IMG/VR virus record: IMGVR_UViG_3300037076_000071
Coordinates: 1-53,108 of that record
DNA length: 53,108 nt
Reading direction: 5' to 3' (one strand)
Source: a virus
Taxonomy: Duplodnaviria; Caudoviricetes
The notes beneath the pieces are model-generated. The model searched no databases. It was not told the origin of the DNA and saw nothing but the letters and a program-made list of their open reading frames with translations. A program made the position numbers and the translations under genes. This document shows, in pieces, positions 8,924 through 17,537 of the stretch (position 1 is the stretch's first letter; each line of letters opens with the position of its first letter).

Positions 8924-9628
8924 GTGTTGGCTGATGTTGTTCAGCACAGTGCTTGGCTTTGTGATAGGAGTGCTTTGTGGATCATACAAACCGTAGGTCA
9001 TTTTTATCGAGTCTGGCGGCTATCGGGCTATACCCCCATAGGCGTTCGGGCCTTCGGCCCGACTACCAAAACCAGTGAAATTCCGAAGCCGCTGGAAAAG
9101 CCGCAACCCAAAAAAATCGGAAAACTCCCTGAGAAGTTCGTCAGCAATGCCAAGTTTTATGAATGTATTGTTGGCGACTGTTTTCTGAACGTGAACGGGC
9201 ATGTGTACCGGAAAGAAATTTGGGAGTCGATGTTCCGTGGAATGCCTTACCACGGGCCTTACGTGGCCTACAGCGACACTTACGACCCGTACCTGCGCCT
9301 AGACCATGTTGTCGGCCATATCGTGTCCTACAGCTTCCTGGACGGCGGCAAAGTGAAGGTCAAGATGGAAGTGATGGAGACGCCACAAGCCAAGATCTTC
9401 CGGGAACTGGTATCTCAGGTTCCGCAATTCGTCACGCCGGTAGGAGAATGCTCTTCCCTGCCCTTCCATCAGACTGGGCGAGATGGTGTCATTCCAGACG
9501 ACTACAAGCTGAAGTTTTTCAACGTGACGAATGACAGTGCGTTTCTTTGTGCGACACCGTTACGTCCGGTCGAAGAAAGAGTCTTATATGCCGAAGCCGA
9601 CCAAAACAGAACAACTCCTATACGGTAA
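8924..9628 (+). CDS. divergent T4 gp21 prohead protease-like protein
   Basis: NVNGHVYRKE, LDHVVGHI, VMETPQAKI and DYKLKFFNV echo the gp21 motifs NRNGRxYP, SH.I, ILDTPxGKI and DFxLxxxD; start uncertain. Confidence 0.55.
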   Translation: MLADVVQHSAWLCDRSALWIIQTVGHFYRVWRLSGYTPIGVRAFGPTTKTSEIPKPLEKPQPKKIGKLPEKFVSNAKFYECIVGDCFLNVNGHVYRKEIWESMFRGMPYHGPYVAYSDTYDPYLRLDHVVGHIVSYSFLDGGKVKVKMEVMETPQAKIFRELVSQVPQFVTPVGECSSLPFHQTGRDGVIPDDYKLKFFNVTNDSAFLCATPLRPVEERVLYAEADQNRTTPIR

Positions 9629-9941
9629 GACCGGCGCATCCGATCCGCTTGATCCATTCCGGCTGGAGCGTGACTTGATTGGATCGGATAAGTGGTCGCA
9701 GTATTACGACAAGATGCACCAGACCGTTCGTGAAGTCGTAGACAACTTTCGCAATCCTGACTTCGATCCGTTCTCGTATGGTTGCAGCGTAGGCGTCGGT
9801 TTCAACGAAGAAGTTGGTTTGTTTGTGCTTGGGACCGGACAAGGGCCTTTCGTCATGTGGACGGAAGATGACGGGTATGTGGACCTTCTTGCGGCGTCAG
9901 AAGAAAGTGAAGCCGATGATTGGGATGAGGATGAAGCATGA
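9588..9941 (+). CDS. acidic hypothetical protein
   Basis: ATG 9588 (MPKPTKTEQ); acidic tail. Confidence 0.7.
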   Translation: MPKPTKTEQLLYGKTGASDPLDPFRLERDLIGSDKWSQYYDKMHQTVREVVDNFRNPDFDPFSYGCSVGVGFNEEVGLFVLGTGQGPFVMWTEDDGYVDLLAASEESEADDWDEDEA

Positions 9942-10063
9942 GTAGACACAGACGTGGTTGTAATTGCTGTGATTGTAGTGAGTGTCATGGCGACAGTATT
10001 GGATGTGAAACGGTCCTTCTGATTCTTTTTGTGTTGTGGTGTCTTGGACTTATCAAATGCTAG
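9938..10063 (+). CDS. 41-aa Cys-rich membrane peptide
   Basis: ATGA-coupled; MSRHRRGCNCCDCSECHGDSIGC followed by a hydrophobic helix. Confidence 0.55.
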   Translation: MSRHRRGCNCCDCSECHGDSIGCETVLLILFVLWCLGLIKC

Positions 10064-10344
10064 ACATTTTTCAACAAGCTGAAGACATTCTTCATATGGA
10101 CCGGACTCCAGCTTTGGAAGTCCAGGTCGAAGAAGACACAAGCGATTGGATTCAAAACCCGGTACCAGCCGACCACTTACCAGGAAGATGGCAATACGCT
10201 TTTCATCCACCGGCAGGACCGAAAGAGTTCATCGTCTGCAAGTGCGGGTGCCTTTCCATTCGGTTGTTGAAAACCTACCACGACAAGTATCCGTACTGGT
10301 GCTTCCACTGTGGGCCGCAAGAAACAGTTCACATTAGAGACTAA
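10057..10344 (+). CDS. zinc-ribbon hypothetical protein
   Basis: CKCG...CFHC. Confidence 0.65.
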   Translation: MLDIFQQAEDILHMDRTPALEVQVEEDTSDWIQNPVPADHLPGRWQYAFHPPAGPKEFIVCKCGCLSIRLLKTYHDKYPYWCFHCGPQETVHIRD

Positions 10345-10720
10345 GGCTATGCACGGCGCATGGAGGGATGAACCAATGAATCTCGTTATCAATATCGTTT
10401 TCAAGGCTGAAACGGCAACCTCCGTAATGGAACACTTGCAAAATCGGTTTCCGAAAGAAGAGTTCTTTGCGACTGAGTTCATGCCGGGAATGGTTTACCT
10501 CGTCCATAAGACAGAGACGGCCAATCAGGAAATCATCAACGAGACTTACCGGATTGCCGACATGATTTACGAACGAAACGATAAGGAGAAAAATGCAGAT
10601 TCGTGTCTGCTTCGTGGCGTTGTAAGTCGTTCTCCGAAGCAATTACAACTTTGGGAACATCAAGTAGAACCAAATGAGAATCAAGCAGAAATATCAGAAT
10701 GCACTCACCCACTATCTTGA
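10310..10720 (+). CDS. hypothetical protein
   Basis: ORF in operon; start uncertain. Confidence 0.55.
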   Translation: MGRKKQFTLETKAMHGAWRDEPMNLVINIVFKAETATSVMEHLQNRFPKEEFFATEFMPGMVYLVHKTETANQEIINETYRIADMIYERNDKEKNADSCLLRGVVSRSPKQLQLWEHQVEPNENQAEISECTHPLS

Positions 10721-11171
10721 ATGGATTACCAACGATTTCCTCCGTCCCAAGTTTGGCTACGATGCAAACGGACTGTCGGCTGCTGAGTGCATGTTACGAT
10801 GGGAGACTTACGGCGAAGCCCTGCCTACTCACTCCAGCGAACCTGAATTGCTTGCAAAGTACGTCCAGGGAAAAACCTCTCGTGATTTCCATATCAAGAA
10901 TTGGAAAGAAGACGTTCGCAATCAGTGGCTCCATCCCGAAGAACTGCTCTACACACTCGGTTTCAATGAGGTTGAATTTCTCAGCGTCTTCGGGCGAGAG
11001 CCTAACCCTCTTATCTTACTAGAATTTGAGATGTTGCCGGAACTGAGCCGACTTATTGAAAAGAAGACAGATTCCCTTAGTGAATTTTTACGGGCCTGTA
11101 TAACGAGGATCAAAGAAAATGGCTGCAAAAAAGACAAAGACGAGGGAACAGAAGTTGGAGGAAGCACTTAA
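10674..11171 (+). CDS. hypothetical protein
   Basis: 165-aa ORF in operon. Confidence 0.7.
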   Translation: MRIKQKYQNALTHYLEWITNDFLRPKFGYDANGLSAAECMLRWETYGEALPTHSSEPELLAKYVQGKTSRDFHIKNWKEDVRNQWLHPEELLYTLGFNEVEFLSVFGREPNPLILLEFEMLPELSRLIEKKTDSLSEFLRACITRIKENGCKKDKDEGTEVGGST

Positions 11172-11301
11172 GGCAGCGCACGAAGCAATCAGTGTGCTGT
11201 ATGGTGCTGTCAACTGTCTGCCGGTTTGTGTAGAAGAATTTGTTGGTGATGCTGGCGCAAAGAAATTGCAACGAGCAGAGAGGTTATACGAGGATTTATG
11301 A
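11119..11301 (+). CDS. hypothetical protein
   Basis: ORF in operon. Confidence 0.6.
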   Translation: MAAKKTKTREQKLEEALKAAHEAISVLYGAVNCLPVCVEEFVGDAGAKKLQRAERLYEDL

Positions 11302-11441
11302 ATTTTGAAAGCGAAAACGAAGCCGGGTGGGAAGATCGAGTCTATGACTTGATTACTGAAGTGTTGGGAGAAGGTGCCGACACATTTGACATTAACAGCA
11401 TCGTAGCGGATGCGATCACAGATTACGAAGGTAGGAAATAG
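11298..11441 (+). CDS. 47-aa acidic protein
   Basis: ATGA-coupled, GAGGA SD; MNFESENEAGWEDRVYDLI. Confidence 0.6.
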   Translation: MNFESENEAGWEDRVYDLITEVLGEGADTFDINSIVADAITDYEGRK

Positions 11442-11443
11442 CT

Positions 11444-11725
11444 ATGTGTGGTCATTCAGTTGAAGTGTGTACTTGCGGCGCTGTAATTTCGCAGTGTCGT
11501 TGTATGGACCGAAACAAGTCTGTCAAAATCGTCAAAGATGGTTGTCCAGCGTGTAAGATCAGCGCCGTGGTTGCACAGTCTGTTGTAGATGACGTGGTGG
11601 CTCTTATTATGGCGTTGAGAGGCTGTGTCGAAGAGATGGAACGCCTCGATCTTCACGAATCGGTAGCATTGGCAGCAGCGCAAGAGTTGTTGCACAAATA
11701 TGAAAAGAAAGCCTTCGTCAACTAA
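11444..11725 (+). CDS. Cys-rich hypothetical protein
   Basis: H..C.CG..ISQCRC...CPAC. Confidence 0.7.
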   Translation: MCGHSVEVCTCGAVISQCRCMDRNKSVKIVKDGCPACKISAVVAQSVVDDVVALIMALRGCVEEMERLDLHESVALAAAQELLHKYEKKAFVN

Positions 11726-11726
11726 A

Positions 11727-11990
11727 ATGAGGCGACCGTCACGAGATGAATTGTTGGAGATTTGCGGGAAGCAAGCGCCGATCAAGACGGTAGCAGTGCC
11801 CATTGTCGAATTGGCATTGGGCATTTTGCATATGGACGATCTCTGCCCGGACGTAGGGATGGGAATGTGGGAGTCCTCTGCCTTAGATGAAGTGTTGGCG
11901 AAGTATGGTCTCACTAAAGACGACGTGCCCTATGACGAATTGCTTGATGAAATACGTGTGTCAAGGGGCGGGGAGTGCGGGAGACGATGA
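11727..11990 (+). CDS. hypothetical protein with RDELLExCGK N-terminal motif
   Basis: MRRPSRDELLEICGKQAP. Confidence 0.65.
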   Translation: MRRPSRDELLEICGKQAPIKTVAVPIVELALGILHMDDLCPDVGMGMWESSALDEVLAKYGLTKDDVPYDELLDEIRVSRGGECGRR

Positions 11991-12263
11991 TCTGTGTAAT
12001 ATGCCAAGGCGAAGGCAAATATCGGTACTCTTATAATTCCAACGCACCGGAGCCTAAGATGGTTGAATGTTTCAACTGCAAAGGTACCGGCATTGTCAAT
12101 GAGAAGCCGCCGTATGAAGAGTTCCGTAATGAAATGCTTGTACTGGACACTAGCAGCAGCGCATGACCATATTGAAGCAAATGGTGGCGATCCGGCGATG
12201 CTGTCCAAAATTGAAGACGCTCTTACTGCAATACGAGTGCCGCCGCCGAAGGTGTTCAAATGA
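11987..12263 (+). pseudogene. DnaJ-type zinc-finger protein, apparently frameshifted near 12138
   Basis: CxxCxGxG x2 in the first frame; protein-like continuation YWTLAAAHDHIE in the +1 frame up to the ATGA junction with the next gene. Confidence 0.45.
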
Positions 12264-12604
12264 AATTTTCTCCATCTGATGTCGATCTGTCAACCGGCTT
12301 GATGAGTACGTTTGGCAAAGCAGAACTGGAAACGTCTGCCGAGCATTTGATTCGTTACTTACAGTCTATCGACGCCGAAAACTGGTCGTTTACGTTCGCC
12401 GGTCTTTACGAATACTACGTGAAGAACAAACTCAACACGAACGAAATGCTGTTTGGTCTGCTTGGCACTTGGTTTGACGACGGGCCGATGCGGGTGCAGG
12501 ACGACATGTTTTACATCGTGAATTGGGGGAACGGTCTCCAGGTGACACAAGAATTTTTGAAGCGTGTCTCCAAATATGTGAAGGAAGATGGAAACGTGGT
12601 TTGA
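12260..12604 (+). CDS. hypothetical protein
   Basis: ORF in operon. Confidence 0.7.
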   Translation: MKFSPSDVDLSTGLMSTFGKAELETSAEHLIRYLQSIDAENWSFTFAGLYEYYVKNKLNTNEMLFGLLGTWFDDGPMRVQDDMFYIVNWGNGLQVTQEFLKRVSKYVKEDGNVV

Positions 12605-12830
12605 CCATGTAGTTTCGTGGGATTTCAGATTTGCTGGCAACAGCGCCACGGCAATCTTTTACGGAACGTTCAACGGCAGCAACACAATTGAATGGGACGG
12701 CGAAGCTGCGCTTGAGGCGATGAGTTGTTGGCATGAATATCTGAAGACCAAACATGTCGATATGACGTGCCGGGTCGCTGTTCCACCGGCCATAATTGAC
12801 AAAATTCGGAACCGTGAGATACTAGGGTAG
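12588..12830 (+). CDS. hypothetical protein
   Basis: ORF with AAGGA SD. Confidence 0.65.
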   Translation: METWFDHVVSWDFRFAGNSATAIFYGTFNGSNTIEWDGEAALEAMSCWHEYLKTKHVDMTCRVAVPPAIIDKIRNREILG

Positions 12831-12832
12831 AA

Positions 12833-13033
12833 ATGGCAGGGCATCGCAGCATCATTCTTTCGTTGTCGGACAAGAAGGTTCCGTCGCTCATCACACACGT
12901 GGAAGACCGTTGGGATGTTGCTCGTGATTTTCATCATGCGATGCGAGAAGTCCGTGAAAAAGAAGGTGATACGATCCTTTACTGTGCTCTCATAAACCTG
13001 GAGGATGGTGACACAGATTGCGGCTGTAAATAA
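12833..13033 (+). CDS. hypothetical protein
   Basis: ORF in operon. Confidence 0.65.
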   Translation: MAGHRSIILSLSDKKVPSLITHVEDRWDVARDFHHAMREVREKEGDTILYCALINLEDGDTDCGCK

Positions 13034-13038
13034 TCAAT

Positions 13039-13392
13039 ATGCGTAAAGCCATTTCCATTGAGTCCTTAGTTGCAGCAATAACAAACCAGAGAAGCTATAT
13101 GCTTGCTTTGTCGAATACTGACCTCAATGAGAAACAACTAAGTGTTCTGCTTGCAATTTACAATGAGAATGAAACGTTGGTGAATCTCCTTGGCATCCAG
13201 GTGCCAACTCTAGCCAGCATCGTACAGCGTCACAATGAAGTTGTTTTTCTTGAGAGGCTGTATCGGAGTTCCCCGAATGAAGAAAGTGAAGGCGTCGTCG
13301 GAATCGAGTCAGGCACCAACGAAACAACGAAACAGGAAATCAGCGGAGTCGCCAGAGTGGACAATTCTCAAGTCGGGAGCCATGAAGCATAA
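13039..13392 (+). CDS. hypothetical protein
   Basis: TAAATA 6 nt before ATG. Confidence 0.65.
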   Translation: MRKAISIESLVAAITNQRSYMLALSNTDLNEKQLSVLLAIYNENETLVNLLGIQVPTLASIVQRHNEVVFLERLYRSSPNEESEGVVGIESGTNETTKQEISGVARVDNSQVGSHEA

Positions 13393-13519
13393 AGATGGAG
13401 TATGGTACGCATCTCCGTATGCACCCGGTTGGTTCTTTTACAATAACACATTCCACGACAACATAGGCCCGTATAAGTCATTTGAAGACGGCCTGAAGGA
13501 AGTGCAGAAAAAATTATGA
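13382..13519 (+). CDS. 45-aa aromatic-rich protein
   Basis: GGGAG SD; GWFFYNNTFHDNIGPYKS. Confidence 0.6.
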   Translation: MKHKDGVWYASPYAPGWFFYNNTFHDNIGPYKSFEDGLKEVQKKL

Positions 13520-13728
13520 CAGCTAAGAACATTAAGAAGATGAGTGAAGCTGGTACGGTCGATACACTCAATGAAATTTGCGAAGGATTGAAGGATTTCG
13601 GAGAGAATTGTCCTGAATCCGCCAAAGCATTGCTAATCGAATTGGTCGAGAAGGTATTGAACCCGTTATCATGTGATGACTTCTTTGGCACAGAAGGTTG
13701 GGAACATTACTTCGGAATGGAAGACTAG
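13516..13728 (+). CDS. hypothetical protein
   Basis: ATGA-coupled; C-terminal DDFFGTEGWEHYFG. Confidence 0.7.
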   Translation: MTAKNIKKMSEAGTVDTLNEICEGLKDFGENCPESAKALLIELVEKVLNPLSCDDFFGTEGWEHYFGMED

Positions 13729-13729
13729 C

Positions 13730-13912
13730 ATGACGTGGATTGAATCGGCTGGCGATCAGTATTATGTCGAAGATGATGGTAGAGTAAGAGCCACTATTAT
13801 GTGGGTTGGTGGAAAGTTTGAAGAAGTCCGCATCAACGATCAAAAAGTAGCTCTATACTACGACGCCACCGACAACGCAAAACAGTTTGTAGAAAAAAGG
13901 CTGTGTATATGA
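13730..13912 (+). CDS. hypothetical protein
   Basis: ORF in operon. Confidence 0.6.
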   Translation: MTWIESAGDQYYVEDDGRVRATIMWVGGKFEEVRINDQKVALYYDATDNAKQFVEKRLCI

Positions 13913-14235
13913 CTCTTTTCGACTCACTTAAGTGGTGGATCTGTTGGCCTTGGACCAAGGATGCGTTCAAACCTGAAAAGTTTGATGTGGGGATCAGTGT
14001 TGCCGAAGCTATATTGCTTGGTGGCGATCTCATTACCATCACTCGCCGGGGAAAAGCATTAGGTGGCGGTTGGACAATGGATTCTGAAGGGCGGCTGGCC
14101 AGTACGATGGACAACCGCTGGATTTTGGCCGACAACAAGACCTATTACAACCGTGACTACATTTTCTCTTACGAAGTGAAGACAGAATCATATTGGGTTT
14201 ATGCCGACAACAAACCAGTACAAGTGGAGGAATGA
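13909..14235 (+). CDS. hypothetical protein
   Basis: ATGA-coupled ORF. Confidence 0.65.
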   Translation: MTLFDSLKWWICWPWTKDAFKPEKFDVGISVAEAILLGGDLITITRRGKALGGGWTMDSEGRLASTMDNRWILADNKTYYNRDYIFSYEVKTESYWVYADNKPVQVEE

Positions 14236-14427
14236 ATGAACGTCGAAGCAATCACAGAAGATTTGAAGGCTTTGTGCGAAAAGCACAAGATTATGATCTA
14301 CGCAGATGAAGAAAATCCGTGTACGATCATTGAAGGGCTGCTAACTATGGAAGAAGCTGAAGGCGGATGTCCACCGGAACAAGTACGCTTTGAATTCGTC
14401 ACCAGCGAACAGTTATCAGAGTATTAA
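14236..14427 (+). CDS. hypothetical protein
   Basis: GGAGGA SD. Confidence 0.65.
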   Translation: MNVEAITEDLKALCEKHKIMIYADEENPCTIIEGLLTMEEAEGGCPPEQVRFEFVTSEQLSEY

Positions 14428-14454
14428 GCCGTCTAACTCACGGCGGGAAGGAAA

Positions 14455-14826
14455 ATGCGGTTAGTAAACGATCATATAGTTGAAGGCGACCACGCTCCGC
14501 AGTTAAAAATTGAAGTTTTGGACGAGCCGGGTCAAGGTGGAGCGAATCACGAATATGTGATTGCGTTCGAGGGTGAAAATGGGAGAGGCGTAACCAACCG
14601 TATCTCATTTCAAAACGGGCCGATCCAGGAATATGGCGTCAATGGTGTCACGCAAGAGACGCTTTTGGCCATCGTGATTGACCGGCTGCGGTGTTTCCAG
14701 GCGGGACCGTTCGCATGTGCGGCAAATGCGATGGCTTTGCACCACACTGAGGCTGCTTTGGAGCTTCTACAACAGCGCACGAAGGACAGAATCGCTCGTG
14801 GCGTCGAAGGACATACAAAGTTGTGA
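14455..14826 (+). CDS. tad1: Tad1-family Thoeris anti-defence (cyclic signal sponge) protein
   Basis: Matches Tad1 motifs in order: GQGGANHEY, ISFQNG, NGV..ETLLAIVIDRLRCFQAGPF, NAMALHHTEAAL, RTKDRIARGVEG. Confidence 0.85.
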   Translation: MRLVNDHIVEGDHAPQLKIEVLDEPGQGGANHEYVIAFEGENGRGVTNRISFQNGPIQEYGVNGVTQETLLAIVIDRLRCFQAGPFACAANAMALHHTEAALELLQQRTKDRIARGVEGHTKL

Positions 14827-15026
14827 AAAAGCGGTTCAATTTGACGAAGGATGAAGCCCGGTTAGTGAGGACCGGGCTTAAAATCCTCAGAGATAGTCTC
14901 TACGTCGGGCCGGATTACGATTATTACCGGACAGAAGGCGACCAAAAGTACAGACGTGAATTACAACGATGCAAAAGAGAGTTGTTAGTGGTCAAAGACT
15001 TACTAACTGCACTCAAAGGAATGTAA
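14823..15026 (+). CDS. hypothetical protein
   Basis: GTGA-coupled ORF. Confidence 0.6.
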   Translation: MKKRFNLTKDEARLVRTGLKILRDSLYVGPDYDYYRTEGDQKYRRELQRCKRELLVVKDLLTALKGM

Positions 15027-15030
15027 AAAC

Positions 15031-15234
15031 GTGTTTCAATGGCTTTATAACCTCATTGATGACTGTCCATTTCATCAAAAAAAGCAAGAAAGGTGCGATC
15101 ATGTGTCGGCCACCATCGTAAAATGGGTTGAACATGGCACTCCGATGGTCGAAGTTACGTGTTTTGAATGTGGTTTCCATGATCGTGGTCCTGTTTACGC
15201 CGATCCTGACACCTGGGTGGAGACTTTGCTGTGA
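15031..15234 (+). CDS. hypothetical zinc-binding protein
   Basis: CDH...CFECG. Confidence 0.6.
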   Translation: MFQWLYNLIDDCPFHQKKQERCDHVSATIVKWVEHGTPMVEVTCFECGFHDRGPVYADPDTWVETLL

Positions 15235-15635
15235 GTGTAAGTCGTGAAGAGCTTCTAAAGCAGTGCGAACGTGAATTAGACGTGCGTGTTGTCGATACGA
15301 AGTGCCACCGATGCGGTGGAACCGGCAAAATTCATGTCTCTGTTGGCGACGGCTACATGGGTTATGGTTTGGATCGGGTTCGAGCAGACGACGAAATTCG
15401 TGATTGCCCAGAGTGTACGGACATTCCATCCGATTGCCACTTGCCGCCGACTCTTGACCAGACTTACGATCCATATTTCAACTACAAAACTGACACGGAT
15501 GCTGCCATGCGAGATTTGAAAGCGTTCCACGGTGGTTCATCAAATCAGTGTTCTCGTTGTGGCGGGTCGTTAAGCATAGAAGAGTATCACGACTGCGACC
15601 GAGAGATGGAATGGCAGGAACGGTATGGAATATGA
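15231..15635 (+). CDS. zinc-finger hypothetical protein
   Basis: SREELLKQC N-terminus; CHRCGGTG, CPEC, CSRC. Confidence 0.7.
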   Translation: MSVSREELLKQCERELDVRVVDTKCHRCGGTGKIHVSVGDGYMGYGLDRVRADDEIRDCPECTDIPSDCHLPPTLDQTYDPYFNYKTDTDAAMRDLKAFHGGSSNQCSRCGGSLSIEEYHDCDREMEWQERYGI

Positions 15636-15786
15636 CCGACGACCAGCTAAGAAATTTCGGCTATGTCTGCGAAAAGTGCAACGCCACCGTGCCAGAAAAC
15701 GCACGCAGCCGGATTCCATCTGTGAAGACTGTTTTGCGAAGATGGGCGAGCAAGAGCAATCCAAATACATGTCGGATGGCAAGTAA
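15632..15786 (+). pseudogene. small zinc-finger gene, apparently frameshifted near 15698
   Basis: CEKC in the first frame; second pair ICEDC...MSDGK* in the -1 frame. Confidence 0.45.
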
Positions 15787-15813
15787 GTCATTGTTGTGGT
15801 ATAAATAGCCACA

Positions 15814-16293
15814 ATGGGATTCATCTACGAAATAACTTGTGTTCCGACAGGCAAACGCTATGTGGGGCAAACTTGCAAAAAGAAAGTCGAGTACCGATGG
15901 ACTGACCATGTGTATTACGCCGTCAAACGCAATGGGAAAACCAAACTAGCGAATGCAATCCGAAAGTATGGAGCACAAGCATTCCAATGTAAGATTTTGG
16001 AATGCTGCGATGACTTAGATCAACGAGAAATTTATTGGATAAAAACGCTTGGCACGATCAATGAATTAAATATCTCCGCTGGCGGAAATGCTTCTACAAG
16101 GGGAATGAAGCGGTCGCCGGAAGTCATGAAAAATTGTTTGTTGGCTGCTCATAAGGCCAACAAAGGTCGAGTACAGACAGAGGAAGAAAAGAACAGACGC
16201 TCAAAGTCAATGCAAGGAAAACCAAAAAGTTTAGAGCATCGGCAGAATTTGAGTAAAGCGAGAATAAGATGGCTGAAATCAACAGGGCAATAA
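15814..16293 (+). CDS. GIY-YIG homing endonuclease with NUMOD3
   Basis: FIYEIT...RYVGQT, RW..H, AIRKYG, REIYWI, NISAGG; TATAAATA upstream. Confidence 0.85.
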   Translation: MGFIYEITCVPTGKRYVGQTCKKKVEYRWTDHVYYAVKRNGKTKLANAIRKYGAQAFQCKILECCDDLDQREIYWIKTLGTINELNISAGGNASTRGMKRSPEVMKNCLLAAHKANKGRVQTEEEKNRRSKSMQGKPKSLEHRQNLSKARIRWLKSTGQ

Positions 16294-16646
16294 AACAGTG
16301 TATCGTCATGCGAAACGACTTGAACATGCGCAAAGGTAAGATGTGTGCTCAGGCTGCGCACGCTTCGATTCAATGCACACTTGAATCTGTGCTTTATGAT
16401 GTCGGGCCGTCAAAAGTCATGATCCAATGGTTGACAGAAGGCATGACAAAGATCTGTGTCCGGGTCGATTCAGAATTGGAATTGATGGAAATCAATAAAA
16501 AAGCATATGATGCTGGTCTGAATGTGCATCTTATTAAAGACGCCGGTCTCACAGAGTTTAAGGAACCAACGTTTACTTGCCTAGCTATTGGTCCTGATTG
16601 GGCCGACAAGATTGACAAGATTACAGGAGAGTTGAAACTTTTATGA
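16269..16646 (+). CDS. pth2: peptidyl-tRNA hydrolase type 2
   Basis: KQCIVMRNDLNMRKGKMCAQAAHAS, DAGLTEF, TCLAIGPD, IDKITGELKLL. Confidence 0.95.
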   Translation: MAEINRAIKQCIVMRNDLNMRKGKMCAQAAHASIQCTLESVLYDVGPSKVMIQWLTEGMTKICVRVDSELELMEINKKAYDAGLNVHLIKDAGLTEFKEPTFTCLAIGPDWADKIDKITGELKLL

Positions 16647-16822
16647 CTAATGTAACAGGATTTCTTTTAATGACCGTGGCAGCGCTTTGTCTAGTGTTCG
16701 CTGTCGGGTCCGTCGCAATCACACCGGCTGCAACGGCGGTTGTGGCTGGCATGTATTTCGGAATTCTACTAAACAAGTCGGGAAAGAAGGAGGAAGATGA
16801 AGAAACCGAAAAAGACTCCTAA
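16643..16822 (+). CDS. 59-aa membrane protein
   Basis: ATGA-coupled; two hydrophobic segments and an acidic tail. Confidence 0.6.
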   Translation: MTNVTGFLLMTVAALCLVFAVGSVAITPAATAVVAGMYFGILLNKSGKKEEDEETEKDS

Positions 16823-17321
16823 GTATCCAGACGGACAGTTTCAGTTTGAAGATGAATACTGTTCACAAGTTCCGTGTGCTCAATGTGTAAACCCGATGTT
16901 GAAAGGTCTCCACACTTGTAAAAAGAAGAAAGGGAAAAAATCAATGGGTGCTAACAGCAAAAAGAAGCAGACAAAGCAAACCAAGTTGCGTGACCAAGAA
17001 GACAAGGCCCGCAATGCAAAAAGCAAACAAGAAGACTACTTCGCCAAGTTAGCCGATGAAGCTGGCGACAACGACGAAAATGATGAAAACGATGGAATTG
17101 CCGAAGTAATGACCGCAGTCGAAAAGGAACTGCGTCGGGCTGTGGATCTTCATGGCGGAATGCGATCCTGTCACGAGGGTTACGCAGTCATTCTCGAAGA
17201 GGTTGATGAACTGTGGGAGCACATAAGATTGAAGTCCAACCTACGAAAGAAAAGTGAAATGCGGCTGGAAGCAATCCAGATCGCAGCAATGGCGGCACGG
17301 TTCGTTGTGGATCTTTGTTAG
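16797..17321 (+). CDS. protein with C-terminal MazG-like (all-alpha NTP pyrophosphatase) domain
   Basis: SCHEGYAVILEEVDELWE...EAIQIAAMAARF; basic N-terminus may be a separate module. Confidence 0.65.
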   Translation: MKKPKKTPKYPDGQFQFEDEYCSQVPCAQCVNPMLKGLHTCKKKKGKKSMGANSKKKQTKQTKLRDQEDKARNAKSKQEDYFAKLADEAGDNDENDENDGIAEVMTAVEKELRRAVDLHGGMRSCHEGYAVILEEVDELWEHIRLKSNLRKKSEMRLEAIQIAAMAARFVVDLC

Positions 17322-17525
17322 ATGAAATACAATATCGAAATCAACATCCGCACAATTCCGGTCGGCGCACGTACCGAAATGAATGAAATGGCTGTCCTTT
17401 ATGTTGAGGCTGAAAATTATAGCAGCGCTTTGGAACGCACTTTCACGGCACTAAAATCATGCAACTCTTTCAAAGAGTTCATGGATAAGATCGGCATGGA
17501 CACGGTGAAGTACGGCACTTCGTGA
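17322..17525 (+). CDS. hypothetical protein
   Basis: ORF in operon. Confidence 0.6.
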   Translation: MKYNIEINIRTIPVGARTEMNEMAVLYVEAENYSSALERTFTALKSCNSFKEFMDKIGMDTVKYGTS

Positions 17526-17537
17526 TAGGATATTGAC

